A stretch of DNA of 64,000 nucleotides from Pseudomonadota bacterium (GTDB lineage: Bacteria; UBA10199; 2-02-FULL-44-16; DYJF01), in the NCBI GenBank assembly GCA_043823065.1, contig JBDRBB010000001.1:1-64000 (forward strand). The letters run 5' to 3'. Positions 14,934-23,429 of this stretch are shown piece after piece (within the stretch, counting starts at the first letter, position 1; every line of letters begins with the position of its first letter). The position numbers and the translations under genes are program-made. The notes under the pieces are model-generated. The model had not been told where the DNA came from. It saw only the letters and a program-made list of their open reading frames with translations, and made no database searches.

Positions 14934-15584
14934 ATGTTTTTGCTATTAAGATACATAGGGTTGGCTTTAGGAGCTTCTGCTTTGGTGACAGGTTGTGATA
15001 GCCAGGAAGATGGACCCCAAACAAATAATCGCGATGCCAGGTCTAATCCTCAAATATCTTTAGATTCATATATCTATAATCACCCTGAAATTTTTAGACA
15101 CACTGAAAGGTCTCGCCGCGTTAGTACCAATTATCAAGATGTTCGGATGCTTTTAGAAAGACATGAGCCAGAAATGGTTGCCCAGTTTCATCAAAACTTT
15201 GCCCAGGCTTTTCCTGAACCAGTAGATTTGACTCCAATAAGTTTTGTTAATTTTTGTGCTGGTTTGCGTTCAACAGATGCTAAGCAAACTTTGTTTACCT
15301 CCAGATGGCATGAATTAGCACAAAGAGCACAAACCCATGATTGCCTGACTCCCTTGATAGCTTCCAAAGCTGCTTTATTAGAATTTGTAGGTGCAGAAGA
15401 GCGCGAATCAACTGCGCAAAAAAGAGAGCAAATGTTAGAAATTGTTCAAACTGGATTTAATAAATCTAATGAACATTGCCCTACAGAAATTTTCATTGCT
15501 GCTCAAGAATGCAGTAAATCTCGTTTCCCAGATGATGTAAGATGTGAACTGCACAATGATAGGCTTCAAATTCTAAGCAGATAA
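14934..15584 (+). CDS. Hypothetical lipoprotein
   Basis: LVTGC lipobox after a hydrophobic stretch; ATG 14934 preferred over TTG 14913. Confidence 0.65.
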   Translation: MFLLLRYIGLALGASALVTGCDSQEDGPQTNNRDARSNPQISLDSYIYNHPEIFRHTERSRRVSTNYQDVRMLLERHEPEMVAQFHQNFAQAFPEPVDLTPISFVNFCAGLRSTDAKQTLFTSRWHELAQRAQTHDCLTPLIASKAALLEFVGAEERESTAQKREQMLEIVQTGFNKSNEHCPTEIFIAAQECSKSRFPDDVRCELHNDRLQILSR

Positions 15585-15674
15585 TAGCATTGTCAAATCT
15601 TTCTGGAAATCTTCCCCAATATATACTAAAAAATAGATTAAGAACTAAGCATTAATCCCAACTTCTATCACTTC

Positions 15675-16616
15675 ATGAACTATTACTTAAGTGTTTACGA
15701 TTTTCCAATTTTATTTATAGCAAGTTTATTGCAGCTTGTAATATTATTGTTTTGCTTTGGAGCCTTGACGTTTTGGTTTAGAAAACATTATAAACTTAAA
15801 GAAAAATGGAATAAACTATTAATTTCTCTTGGTGTCGTTATCAGCTGCTTGCTGATGGCTTACACTCTTTACAACCTTCCAGACTATCTAGTAGACGGCC
15901 AAATTAGCGGAATTTATTTTTTTGAAGACAATCAAGATATTCGTTTAGTAATTTGGACTACCAGAGTGGATCATCCAGCAGGAATTGGCACTGAATATTC
16001 TAATCGACTTAAGAGTTATAGTCTAAGAACAGGAAAACAGCTGGGCCGTCTTGATCTTAACCGAAGATATTATTTGGATGATTACAGAATTTTTGGTCCA
16101 TTTGGAAATAACCAGGCCTGGGGCTATTGCGTCCAAAATGGAGCAAAGCTGCTTAACTTGTTTAAGCCTGCTTTGTTAGCTGATGAACAAACAATTCTTG
16201 AGCTCAATCCAGATTTGGGAAGCTTGATACGCATCGTTCCTGGTGGGTATAAATACGAATATAATGCGCAAAATCATAATATTTATGTAACTGCGACTAA
16301 TGGCGATATTTTTAGAATTACTCCAGATTTAAAAGCATATTCACTTAGAAAAAATGAGGAAGGTGCTAACGCAAAAAGCAATTTTGGGTCAGCTACAATA
16401 AAAGATGTTAGTTTTCGTTATCTAAATGCAGATGATGAGGATTATTATGGAATTGATTTAGCTCCATATCTTACGCCAAAGATTAGACCTTATGCTTTGC
16501 TAGATTTAGGGGATGAAGCTTATATTTTCTTATCTAAAGATAGATACACTTTTTTTGCCTTGCGCGTGAACACCTCAACAAGTGTGGTTTTGGAAAGGAT
16601 AGATTACTTTCAATGA
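15675..16616 (+). CDS. Hypothetical two-TM protein, paralog 1
   Basis: Two N-terminal TMs; similarity to the next ORF along most of its length. Confidence 0.75.
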   Translation: MNYYLSVYDFPILFIASLLQLVILLFCFGALTFWFRKHYKLKEKWNKLLISLGVVISCLLMAYTLYNLPDYLVDGQISGIYFFEDNQDIRLVIWTTRVDHPAGIGTEYSNRLKSYSLRTGKQLGRLDLNRRYYLDDYRIFGPFGNNQAWGYCVQNGAKLLNLFKPALLADEQTILELNPDLGSLIRIVPGGYKYEYNAQNHNIYVTATNGDIFRITPDLKAYSLRKNEEGANAKSNFGSATIKDVSFRYLNADDEDYYGIDLAPYLTPKIRPYALLDLGDEAYIFLSKDRYTFFALRVNTSTSVVLERIDYFQ

Positions 16617-17743
16617 ACTATTTTTTGAACATGCACGGCGGCATTGTTTTCTTCATAAAATTGGGAGTGGTTGTTTTGGTGATGACCAGTTTGCTTATTG
16701 GCTATATTAAATGGGAAAAACAGGCAAACTTGTCTGAAAAAAAATCAAAAAAATGGACTTTTATATTTTTGGCACTGCTATGTCTGATTGGTTCGCTGAT
16801 TGGAACCTCCAAGTTTCTTAATCTTTATAATCAAGGTGGTTTAAAAGAATTTTTTATATTAGATGCCCAGGGTCGTCCCCAGCTCACAGCTTGGTTAACG
16901 CGTATTTATTCCAAAAGAGTTGGAGCAGATTATGATCAACGTCTAGAGACCTTTGATTTAATGAGCGGGAAAAGATTAGCTACAACTCAAATAGTTGATA
17001 AGTACTATTCAAATGAATATCGTTTGTTCAAGCCTTTTGCTAATAAAGCATGGGGCTATAATAGAAAAGTTGGTATTCAACTTTTGGATTTAACCAAACC
17101 AGAAGTGATTGCAGATGAAGAAAAAATACTTCAATTAAATCCTAAGTTAGGTGATAAAATAAGTTTATATAGAGGTGATAATGTTTATGATCCAATAAAC
17201 AGAGATTTGTATGTTGTAGGTGCTGATAACAAAACTTATCGGCTAGATATGGATTTGCAAGCTGTTGCTGCGCAAAAAATTCCCGAACATGATATTGATT
17301 ATGATGCAGTGTGGAGATTTACCAAAGACTGGTATTTTGATTATGTTAAGGGCTCTTTAGGGAGGCAAGTGCATAAACAAGGCGTTGTGCTTGCTGCAGA
17401 TAGTGCTGTACTATTGGATCCAGAATTTGTGCCAGAGATAAATCCATTAGTTAAGCGGAAAGATAAAGTTTGGCTAGCGCATAAAAGCGCTATTATTGGC
17501 AATTATGACTCCTTAATTTCATATATAGATTCAGATGGACAGGAATTGAACAAAATTAATTTGCCAGAATTATTTAAGAAGCAAGAACCAAAAGTTTTGG
17601 CCACCTTAACCAGAGACAATGATATTTTAATTTTTGTAGGCATTGGCCAGACCCACCATGCATCTATTAAAGGGTTTAGTTTTAACGCCATCAGAGTTGA
17701 TAAAGAAACAGGAAAAATTTTAGATGAAATCAAATATTTTTGA
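16613..17743 (+). CDS. Hypothetical two-TM protein, paralog 2
   Basis: Shared motifs with the previous ORF (AWGY, ADE-x2-IL-x-LNP-x-LG); ATGA overlap. Confidence 0.75.
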   Translation: MNYFLNMHGGIVFFIKLGVVVLVMTSLLIGYIKWEKQANLSEKKSKKWTFIFLALLCLIGSLIGTSKFLNLYNQGGLKEFFILDAQGRPQLTAWLTRIYSKRVGADYDQRLETFDLMSGKRLATTQIVDKYYSNEYRLFKPFANKAWGYNRKVGIQLLDLTKPEVIADEEKILQLNPKLGDKISLYRGDNVYDPINRDLYVVGADNKTYRLDMDLQAVAAQKIPEHDIDYDAVWRFTKDWYFDYVKGSLGRQVHKQGVVLAADSAVLLDPEFVPEINPLVKRKDKVWLAHKSAIIGNYDSLISYIDSDGQELNKINLPELFKKQEPKVLATLTRDNDILIFVGIGQTHHASIKGFSFNAIRVDKETGKILDEIKYF

Positions 17744-17767
17744 CAAATAGAGAGCGTGAATGGTTTT

Positions 17768-18325
17768 TTAAACTAAATGTTCCAAAAGTATCTTCAGGCC
17801 TATGGCAATAAGAATTAATCCTCCGATAAATTCAATTTTACTCTCGAATAAATGACCAAAGTGTTGACCTAGAAAAACGCCAAATAGAGAAAAACCAAAA
17901 GTTATGATGCCAATAATAATTGCTGGTAAAATAATCACTACTTTAAGCATTGAAAGTGAAAAACCAACTACTAAAGCATCTATACTGGTAGCTATGGATA
18001 AGATTACTACTAGATAGATATTGGTAAGATCGATGGCTTTCTTATCTTTATCGAGTTTAAACGATTCAAAGATCATTTTGCCACCAACAATGGTCAGTAA
18101 AATAAAAGCTAACCAGTGATCAAATCCAGAAATGTATACTAGCAGAAAACTGCCGCCCAACCAGCCCAAAATAGGCATAAGAGCTTGAAAGCCACCAAAA
18201 AAAGCAGCAAGCATTAAAGCTCTAGATGTTTTTAGGTGTTGGTCAAGGCAGCTACAGGTAATTGAGACAGCAAAAGCATCCATGGCCAAGCCTATAGCAA
18301 TGATTATTATGGTAATCAGATTCAT
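17768..18325 (-). CDS. mntP: Manganese efflux pump MntP family
   Basis: GLAMDAFAVS, FGGFQALMP, ATSIDAL. Confidence 0.93.
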   Translation of the reverse strand: MNLITIIIIAIGLAMDAFAVSITCSCLDQHLKTSRALMLAAFFGGFQALMPILGWLGGSFLLVYISGFDHWLAFILLTIVGGKMIFESFKLDKDKKAIDLTNIYLVVILSIATSIDALVVGFSLSMLKVVIILPAIIIGIITFGFSLFGVFLGQHFGHLFESKIEFIGGLILIAIGLKILLEHLV

Positions 18326-18535
18326 ATTTGTTTTTTTATATAGTAAAAATTTAAAAGGACCAAGATATTTTTAGATGATTTAACTTGGGTTCCTATCTTT
18401 AACAATTTTTTTCGTTACAATTTTCTCAAATAATGTCTAATTGATTTAGAAAATATTTCCGATTCTCCTCAGGATGACACCCAGTTTACTGACTTCGGAA
18501 ACAGGCTCTTTCGCAGAAATAATCAAAGGGGAAAC

Positions 18536-19735
18536 GTGTTCAATAAACAATCTGCAATATTTTTATTTAGCGTAATCATGGCCACAGCTGCTAGTGGTAT
18601 TTTTTTCGCAACGTTAAATAATTTTCTGTTTGAAATTTATAATATCAATGCTGAAGGCAGAGGTGTTGTAGAATTTTTTCGCGAGCTGCCAGGAGTACTT
18701 GCTGTGTTTTTTCTCGCAGTCAGTGTGATTATGCGCGAAAAAAATTTAATGGTAGTTTGCGCTTTGCTCACCGCACTTAGCTATTTGGGCATGGCAACTC
18801 AGCCTGCAAATTATACCCTGGCGGTGCTGGCAATTTTTATCTGGTCCATTGGTCAGCATATTAATTTAGTGCTTCAACAAAGCTATGGCATTGCTTTAAG
18901 TATAGCTGAAAAAAGAGGAAAGCTTTTTGGCGTAGTAGGGGGCGCGCGCGGTATTGGCTATATCATTGGCACCAGCATTGTTTGGTTAGGTATGGGCAGG
19001 TTTGGTCTGGGTTACAAGGAGGTTTATATTGCTGCTGCAATTTTCATGGTCTTGGCCTCAGTTGGTTATAGTTTACTCAAGCCCAAGGGCCATACAGCAA
19101 CGCGTAGAAGGCGTTGGGTTTTGAAACGTAAATATAGTTTGTATTACACTATGGCTGTTCTATTTGGTGTGCGTAAGCAAATTTTCTTGGTTTTTGCCCC
19201 CTGGTTATTGGTTAAAATATATAACTTAGCTGCTTCAGAAATTGGTTTATTGCTTTTGTTGGCAGCAGCAGTTGGTATTTTTAGCAAACCCTTGCTGGGC
19301 TTGGCTATAGACCGTTTTGGCGAGCGAAACATATTGATTGCAGACGCATTAATCCTTTTTTTAGTTTGCCTTGGTTATATGTTTATCCCGCACTTTATCA
19401 GTATTGCCCTGGCTTTGCCGTTTCTGTATATCTTGTATATTATTGACGATAATTTGTTTTCCTTGCGTAGCGCCCACACCACCTATCTTTCCAAGATTAC
19501 TTATTCCAAAGATGAGCTAACTTCTACCATCTCCATGGGTTTTGCTATTGAACACGTGCTTTCCATGGGTGGACCGGTTGTGGCAGGTATTGTTTGGGTA
19601 AAGTATGGTTTTTCCTACGTGTTTGCTATTTGTGCTTTTTGTGCTTTGCTGATGCTTATAACAGTAATCAATATTCCTACCAAAGCAAAACTAACCCAGA
19701 TCAGCAATTCACATAATATGCCGCCATGTTCATAA
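18536..19735 (+). CDS. MFS transporter
   Basis: About 12 hydrophobic segments; RELPG and GLAIDRFGER motifs. Confidence 0.88.
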   Translation: MFNKQSAIFLFSVIMATAASGIFFATLNNFLFEIYNINAEGRGVVEFFRELPGVLAVFFLAVSVIMREKNLMVVCALLTALSYLGMATQPANYTLAVLAIFIWSIGQHINLVLQQSYGIALSIAEKRGKLFGVVGGARGIGYIIGTSIVWLGMGRFGLGYKEVYIAAAIFMVLASVGYSLLKPKGHTATRRRRWVLKRKYSLYYTMAVLFGVRKQIFLVFAPWLLVKIYNLAASEIGLLLLLAAAVGIFSKPLLGLAIDRFGERNILIADALILFLVCLGYMFIPHFISIALALPFLYILYIIDDNLFSLRSAHTTYLSKITYSKDELTSTISMGFAIEHVLSMGGPVVAGIVWVKYGFSYVFAICAFCALLMLITVINIPTKAKLTQISNSHNMPPCS

Positions 19736-19807
19736 CAAGCTGTAATCTAAGCTTAAAATCAAAAAAAGCTTGATTTTACCGACCAAATTGGGTATAAGCG
19801 ACCGCCT

Positions 19808-20458
19808 ATGAAAAATAAAACATTTATTTTTGATTTAGACGGAACGATTGTTAACCCTGGTACAGCCATTCCTCGTTGTATCAACCATGCCTTGAAAAAG
19901 CACAATATCAAGGCCGTGCCAATTGAGCGCTTAAAACGTTATATTGGTTTTAATCTAGAGGAAGTTCTCGGTCAGTTCACTGGCAAAAAAGATAAAAAAT
20001 TGATCAAGTCTTGTATTGATACTTATCGTGAGCGTTATCATAAGGAAGGGATTGCTGAGCATCGCTTATATCCAGGAATAGTAGGTCTTTTAGAGGCGGT
20101 TTCCGAAAATGGGAATATGATTGTTGCTTCCATTAAACCCCAAGTTTCCTGTGAGATGGTTATGAATCATCTAGGTATCAGTTCATTATTCACTGCTGTT
20201 TATGGTGCTGAACTTAATGGTCGTCCCAAAGATAAAGGCGATCTTTTAAAGAAAGCTATTAAAAAAGAAGGTTTAAAGGATTGTATTGCTATTGGCGATA
20301 GGTCTGTGGATATTGAAGCAGCTAAGAAGTGTGGTATTCCTTCAATTGGTGTTGCTTATGGTTATGGTACAAAAGAGGAATTGGTTCAAGCTGGTGCAGA
20401 TATGGTTGCTGAAACAGTTGGTGAATTACGACAGTGCTTATTAAATCATAAATTTTAA
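19808..20458 (+). CDS. HAD-family phosphatase (phosphoglycolate phosphatase-like)
   Basis: FDLDGT, IGDRSVDI, GVAYGYG. Confidence 0.9.
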   Translation: MKNKTFIFDLDGTIVNPGTAIPRCINHALKKHNIKAVPIERLKRYIGFNLEEVLGQFTGKKDKKLIKSCIDTYRERYHKEGIAEHRLYPGIVGLLEAVSENGNMIVASIKPQVSCEMVMNHLGISSLFTAVYGAELNGRPKDKGDLLKKAIKKEGLKDCIAIGDRSVDIEAAKKCGIPSIGVAYGYGTKEELVQAGADMVAETVGELRQCLLNHKF

Positions 20459-21252
20459 TGTCCTTAGCTCTTAAAACCGAAAAATTAAAACGGCGCCTCC
20501 AAGAATTGGAGAGCGCCGTTGTTGCATTTTCAGGCGGAGTAGATTCTGCTGTTTTAGTGGTGATTGCTGCCCAAGTTTTGAAAGATAAAATGTGTGCAGC
20601 CACTGCAGTTTCTCCTAGCTTGCCAACAGTAGATAAACAAAGTGCTCTAAAGCTTTGCCAAGAGCGCAATATCAAACATTTTTGGTTTGAAACCAATGAA
20701 TTTGCCAAGCCAGAATTTACCGCCAATTCCGAGAATCGCTGCTATTATTGCAAGAAAACACTTTATGAATGCCTTTGGCAAAAGGCCGAACCCTTAGGTT
20801 ACAAATTTATTATTGAAGGTACAAATGCTAGTGATCTTAAAGGCCATCGCCCAGGTGCTTTAGCTTCAAGGGAAAATCCCCATGTGGTAACTCCTTTAAT
20901 TGATTGCGAGTTCACCAAAGAGGAAGTGCGGGAATTAGCGGGCAATTTAGCAATAGAAGTAGCTCAAAAACCAGCTAGCGCTTGTTTGTCTTCGCGTATT
21001 CCATTTGGCAGTCAGCTTACCCCGGATTTGATGAAAAAAATAGATCAGGCTGAAGAAATAGTGCGGAAGTATGGTTTTACCCAGATTAGGGTGCGGGATC
21101 ATGGAAATTTGGCTCGTTTAGAGCTTAAATCAGCAGAATTTCAGTTAGCACTTGCTTGTCACCAGAAACTTGTTGTAGAGTTGCAAAACCTTGGTTATAA
21201 TTTTGTTACTCTGGATCTGAAAGGTTATCGAACAGGGGGCAGCGCGGGGTAA
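20458..21252 (+). CDS. larE: LarE-family ATP-dependent sulfur transferase
   Basis: PP-loop AFSGGVDS, RCYYCK, GTNASD, RPG, ACLSSRIP, RVRDHG. Confidence 0.92.
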   Translation: MSLALKTEKLKRRLQELESAVVAFSGGVDSAVLVVIAAQVLKDKMCAATAVSPSLPTVDKQSALKLCQERNIKHFWFETNEFAKPEFTANSENRCYYCKKTLYECLWQKAEPLGYKFIIEGTNASDLKGHRPGALASRENPHVVTPLIDCEFTKEEVRELAGNLAIEVAQKPASACLSSRIPFGSQLTPDLMKKIDQAEEIVRKYGFTQIRVRDHGNLARLELKSAEFQLALACHQKLVVELQNLGYNFVTLDLKGYRTGGSAG

Positions 21253-21333
21253 TTTATCCTTGTTTTTTTAATATCTGCATAATATAAGCGTTAAAATCAA
21301 ACTACAAATATCATACCTAAAGGAGGATGTTTT

Positions 21334-21873
21334 ATGAAAAAAATATTGTTTGCTGTATTCTTGGCTCTACTATTGGCTTTTTCTTGGGTGGTTAATGCTG
21401 CAAATGACGCCACTGCATCTTCATCTCAGCTAAAACTGGGTTATGTTGATTTTAACCGTGCTCTTAATGAGACCAGTGAAGGTAAGGATGCCAAGATGAA
21501 ATTGGAAACAGAGTTTAATGAGCGCCAACAAAAGCTAGATATTGTACAAAATGAATTAAAAAAGATGAAGGAAGAGTTGGAGAAGAAAAGTTTAATTTTG
21601 AGCCAAGAGGCTCTGCAAAAGAAAGAAGAAGAATATCGTAATAAATTTATGGAGCTGCAACAAAAGTTAGCTACTGCCAAGCAAGAAATGGCCCAAAAAG
21701 AAGCTGCTTTAACTGTAGGTGTGTTGGATAAACTAAAACAAATTGTTAAAGAAATTGGTGAAAAAGACAAATACACTTTAATTTTGGAAAAATCCCAAGA
21801 TGTAGTTCTATACGCTCCAGCTATTGATGATTTAACAGATCAGGTAATTACAATTTGTAATAAGCGCAAGTAG
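21334..21873 (+). CDS. skp: Skp/OmpH periplasmic chaperone
   Basis: Signal peptide, KLGYVDFNRAL, coiled coil, DLTDQVI. Confidence 0.92.
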   Translation: MKKILFAVFLALLLAFSWVVNAANDATASSSQLKLGYVDFNRALNETSEGKDAKMKLETEFNERQQKLDIVQNELKKMKEELEKKSLILSQEALQKKEEEYRNKFMELQQKLATAKQEMAQKEAALTVGVLDKLKQIVKEIGEKDKYTLILEKSQDVVLYAPAIDDLTDQVITICNKRK

Positions 21874-21881
21874 GGGGGGAT

Positions 21882-22538
21882 TTGTTAGATAAGCAATTGC
21901 TTGAAATTTTAGTCTGTCCACAATGCAAGGGAGAGCTTTCTCAGGCAGATGCTGGGAAAGCTCTTCTTTGTGATGTTTGTAAGTTTAAATATCCCATCCG
22001 CGAAGATATCCCAATCATGATAGCTGCCCAAGCTATAGATTTAAGAAAAGGTGATGCTAAACATAAATCTGCTCTGGCTGATTTACCTAAAGTGGAATTT
22101 AAGATAATTGCTGGTTCTGATAAAGGGCTTAAGTTTCATTTAGAAAGAGGGGCTTGTCGAGCTATTGGCCGTGGCGAAGCTCAAGCTGATCGCACTATGA
22201 TTTTTAATGTTGATATAGCCCTTTCAATTGATGAAAGCACAAAAGCTTTAATTCTCAGATATATAAACAAACAATTTAGAAATAACTTTAACTCTTCCAT
22301 TCGTAAACAAGAGAAAGATCAACTAGGTTTTTTTTCCAGAGGGACAGACATAGTTTTAACAGACCATAGTTTATCTCGCCTTCATGCTATGTTTTTTGCA
22401 GCAGAAAATGCAGTTGGTATTTTGGATTTAGTTAGTAAAAACGGCACGTTTGTTAATGGCAAAGAGATTGAATCTCAATTACTTACCAAGGGTGATATTA
22501 TAGAAATGGGTGAGACTAGAATCTCTTTTGAGGGCTAA
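21882..22538 (+). CDS. Trm112-like domain fused to FHA domain
   Basis: LLEILVCPQCKGEL...C-x2-C...YPIREDIPIM; then IGRG...SRLHA...DLVSKNGTFVNG. Confidence 0.85.
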   Translation: MLDKQLLEILVCPQCKGELSQADAGKALLCDVCKFKYPIREDIPIMIAAQAIDLRKGDAKHKSALADLPKVEFKIIAGSDKGLKFHLERGACRAIGRGEAQADRTMIFNVDIALSIDESTKALILRYINKQFRNNFNSSIRKQEKDQLGFFSRGTDIVLTDHSLSRLHAMFFAAENAVGILDLVSKNGTFVNGKEIESQLLTKGDIIEMGETRISFEG

Positions 22539-22541
22539 CTT

Positions 22542-23408
22542 ATGAATTCTATGACAGGCTATGGAGCAGTTGAAGGAAAAGTAGGTCGAGGACAGCTCTT
22601 TCTAGAAGTAAAAAGCGTTAATCATCGTTTTTGTGAGATTAATGTTAAACATCCACCTAAAATGGGTGTCTTAGAATCAAAAATAAAAAAATATTTAGAG
22701 ATTAAATATTTAAGAGGAAAGATTGATGTATTTATTAAAGAAACCCAGCCTGTTTTTGGGGAGCTAGATTTAGTAGCAGATCTGAGTTTAGCTAGGAAAT
22801 ATCAAAAAGCTTTAAGGCAAGTTAATCAGGCTTTAAATCTTAAAGGTAGTGACAATATTTTAGATTATATAGGATTAGATAAGTTTGTATCAGTTCAAGA
22901 AAAAACTGGTAACTATGAACAGGTGTGGAATCAGACCAAAAAATTATTAGACGCAGCTTGTAAGCATGTGGATAGGATGCGTATTAGAGAAGGTATCTAT
23001 ATAAGGGTTGATCAGCAAAAGAGAATTAACAAAGTAAAGAAAATAGTGGCTAAAATTCGTCAAGAGGCTAATAGTTCCTTAGAAAAAAATAAAGAACGAG
23101 TGCGCAAGCGTGTTAATAATATTGGTCAGCTAGATGAACAAAGATTTTTAACTGAGGTTGCCTATTTGGGTAGTCGTCAGGATATTACTGAAGAGGTTAT
23201 CCGACTAGAAAGTCATATTAATCAGTATAATAAGTTGATTACTCAAAATGAAGCTGTTGGTCGACGTTTGGATTTTCTTTTGCAGGAAGTAAATCGGGAA
23301 ATTAATACCATAGGTTCCAAAGCATCTCATGTGGTAATTTCTCGTTTGGTGGTTGATTGTAAATCAGAGTTGGAGCGCTTAAGAGAACAGGTTCAGAATA
23401 TTGAGTAA
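22542..23408 (+). CDS. yicC: YicC/YloC family endoribonuclease
   Basis: MNSMTGYG, SVNHRF, GRRLDFLLQEVNREINTIGSK, REQVQNIE. Confidence 0.95.
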   Translation: MNSMTGYGAVEGKVGRGQLFLEVKSVNHRFCEINVKHPPKMGVLESKIKKYLEIKYLRGKIDVFIKETQPVFGELDLVADLSLARKYQKALRQVNQALNLKGSDNILDYIGLDKFVSVQEKTGNYEQVWNQTKKLLDAACKHVDRMRIREGIYIRVDQQKRINKVKKIVAKIRQEANSSLEKNKERVRKRVNNIGQLDEQRFLTEVAYLGSRQDITEEVIRLESHINQYNKLITQNEAVGRRLDFLLQEVNREINTIGSKASHVVISRLVVDCKSELERLREQVQNIE

Positions 23409-23429
23409 GCTTCATCTTCTCCGCAAACC

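Noticed and set aside
18326..18535. Riboswitch (yybP-ykoY or other) between mntP and the MFS gene
   Set aside because: No recognisable conserved aptamer motif by eye; an Rfam scan would be needed
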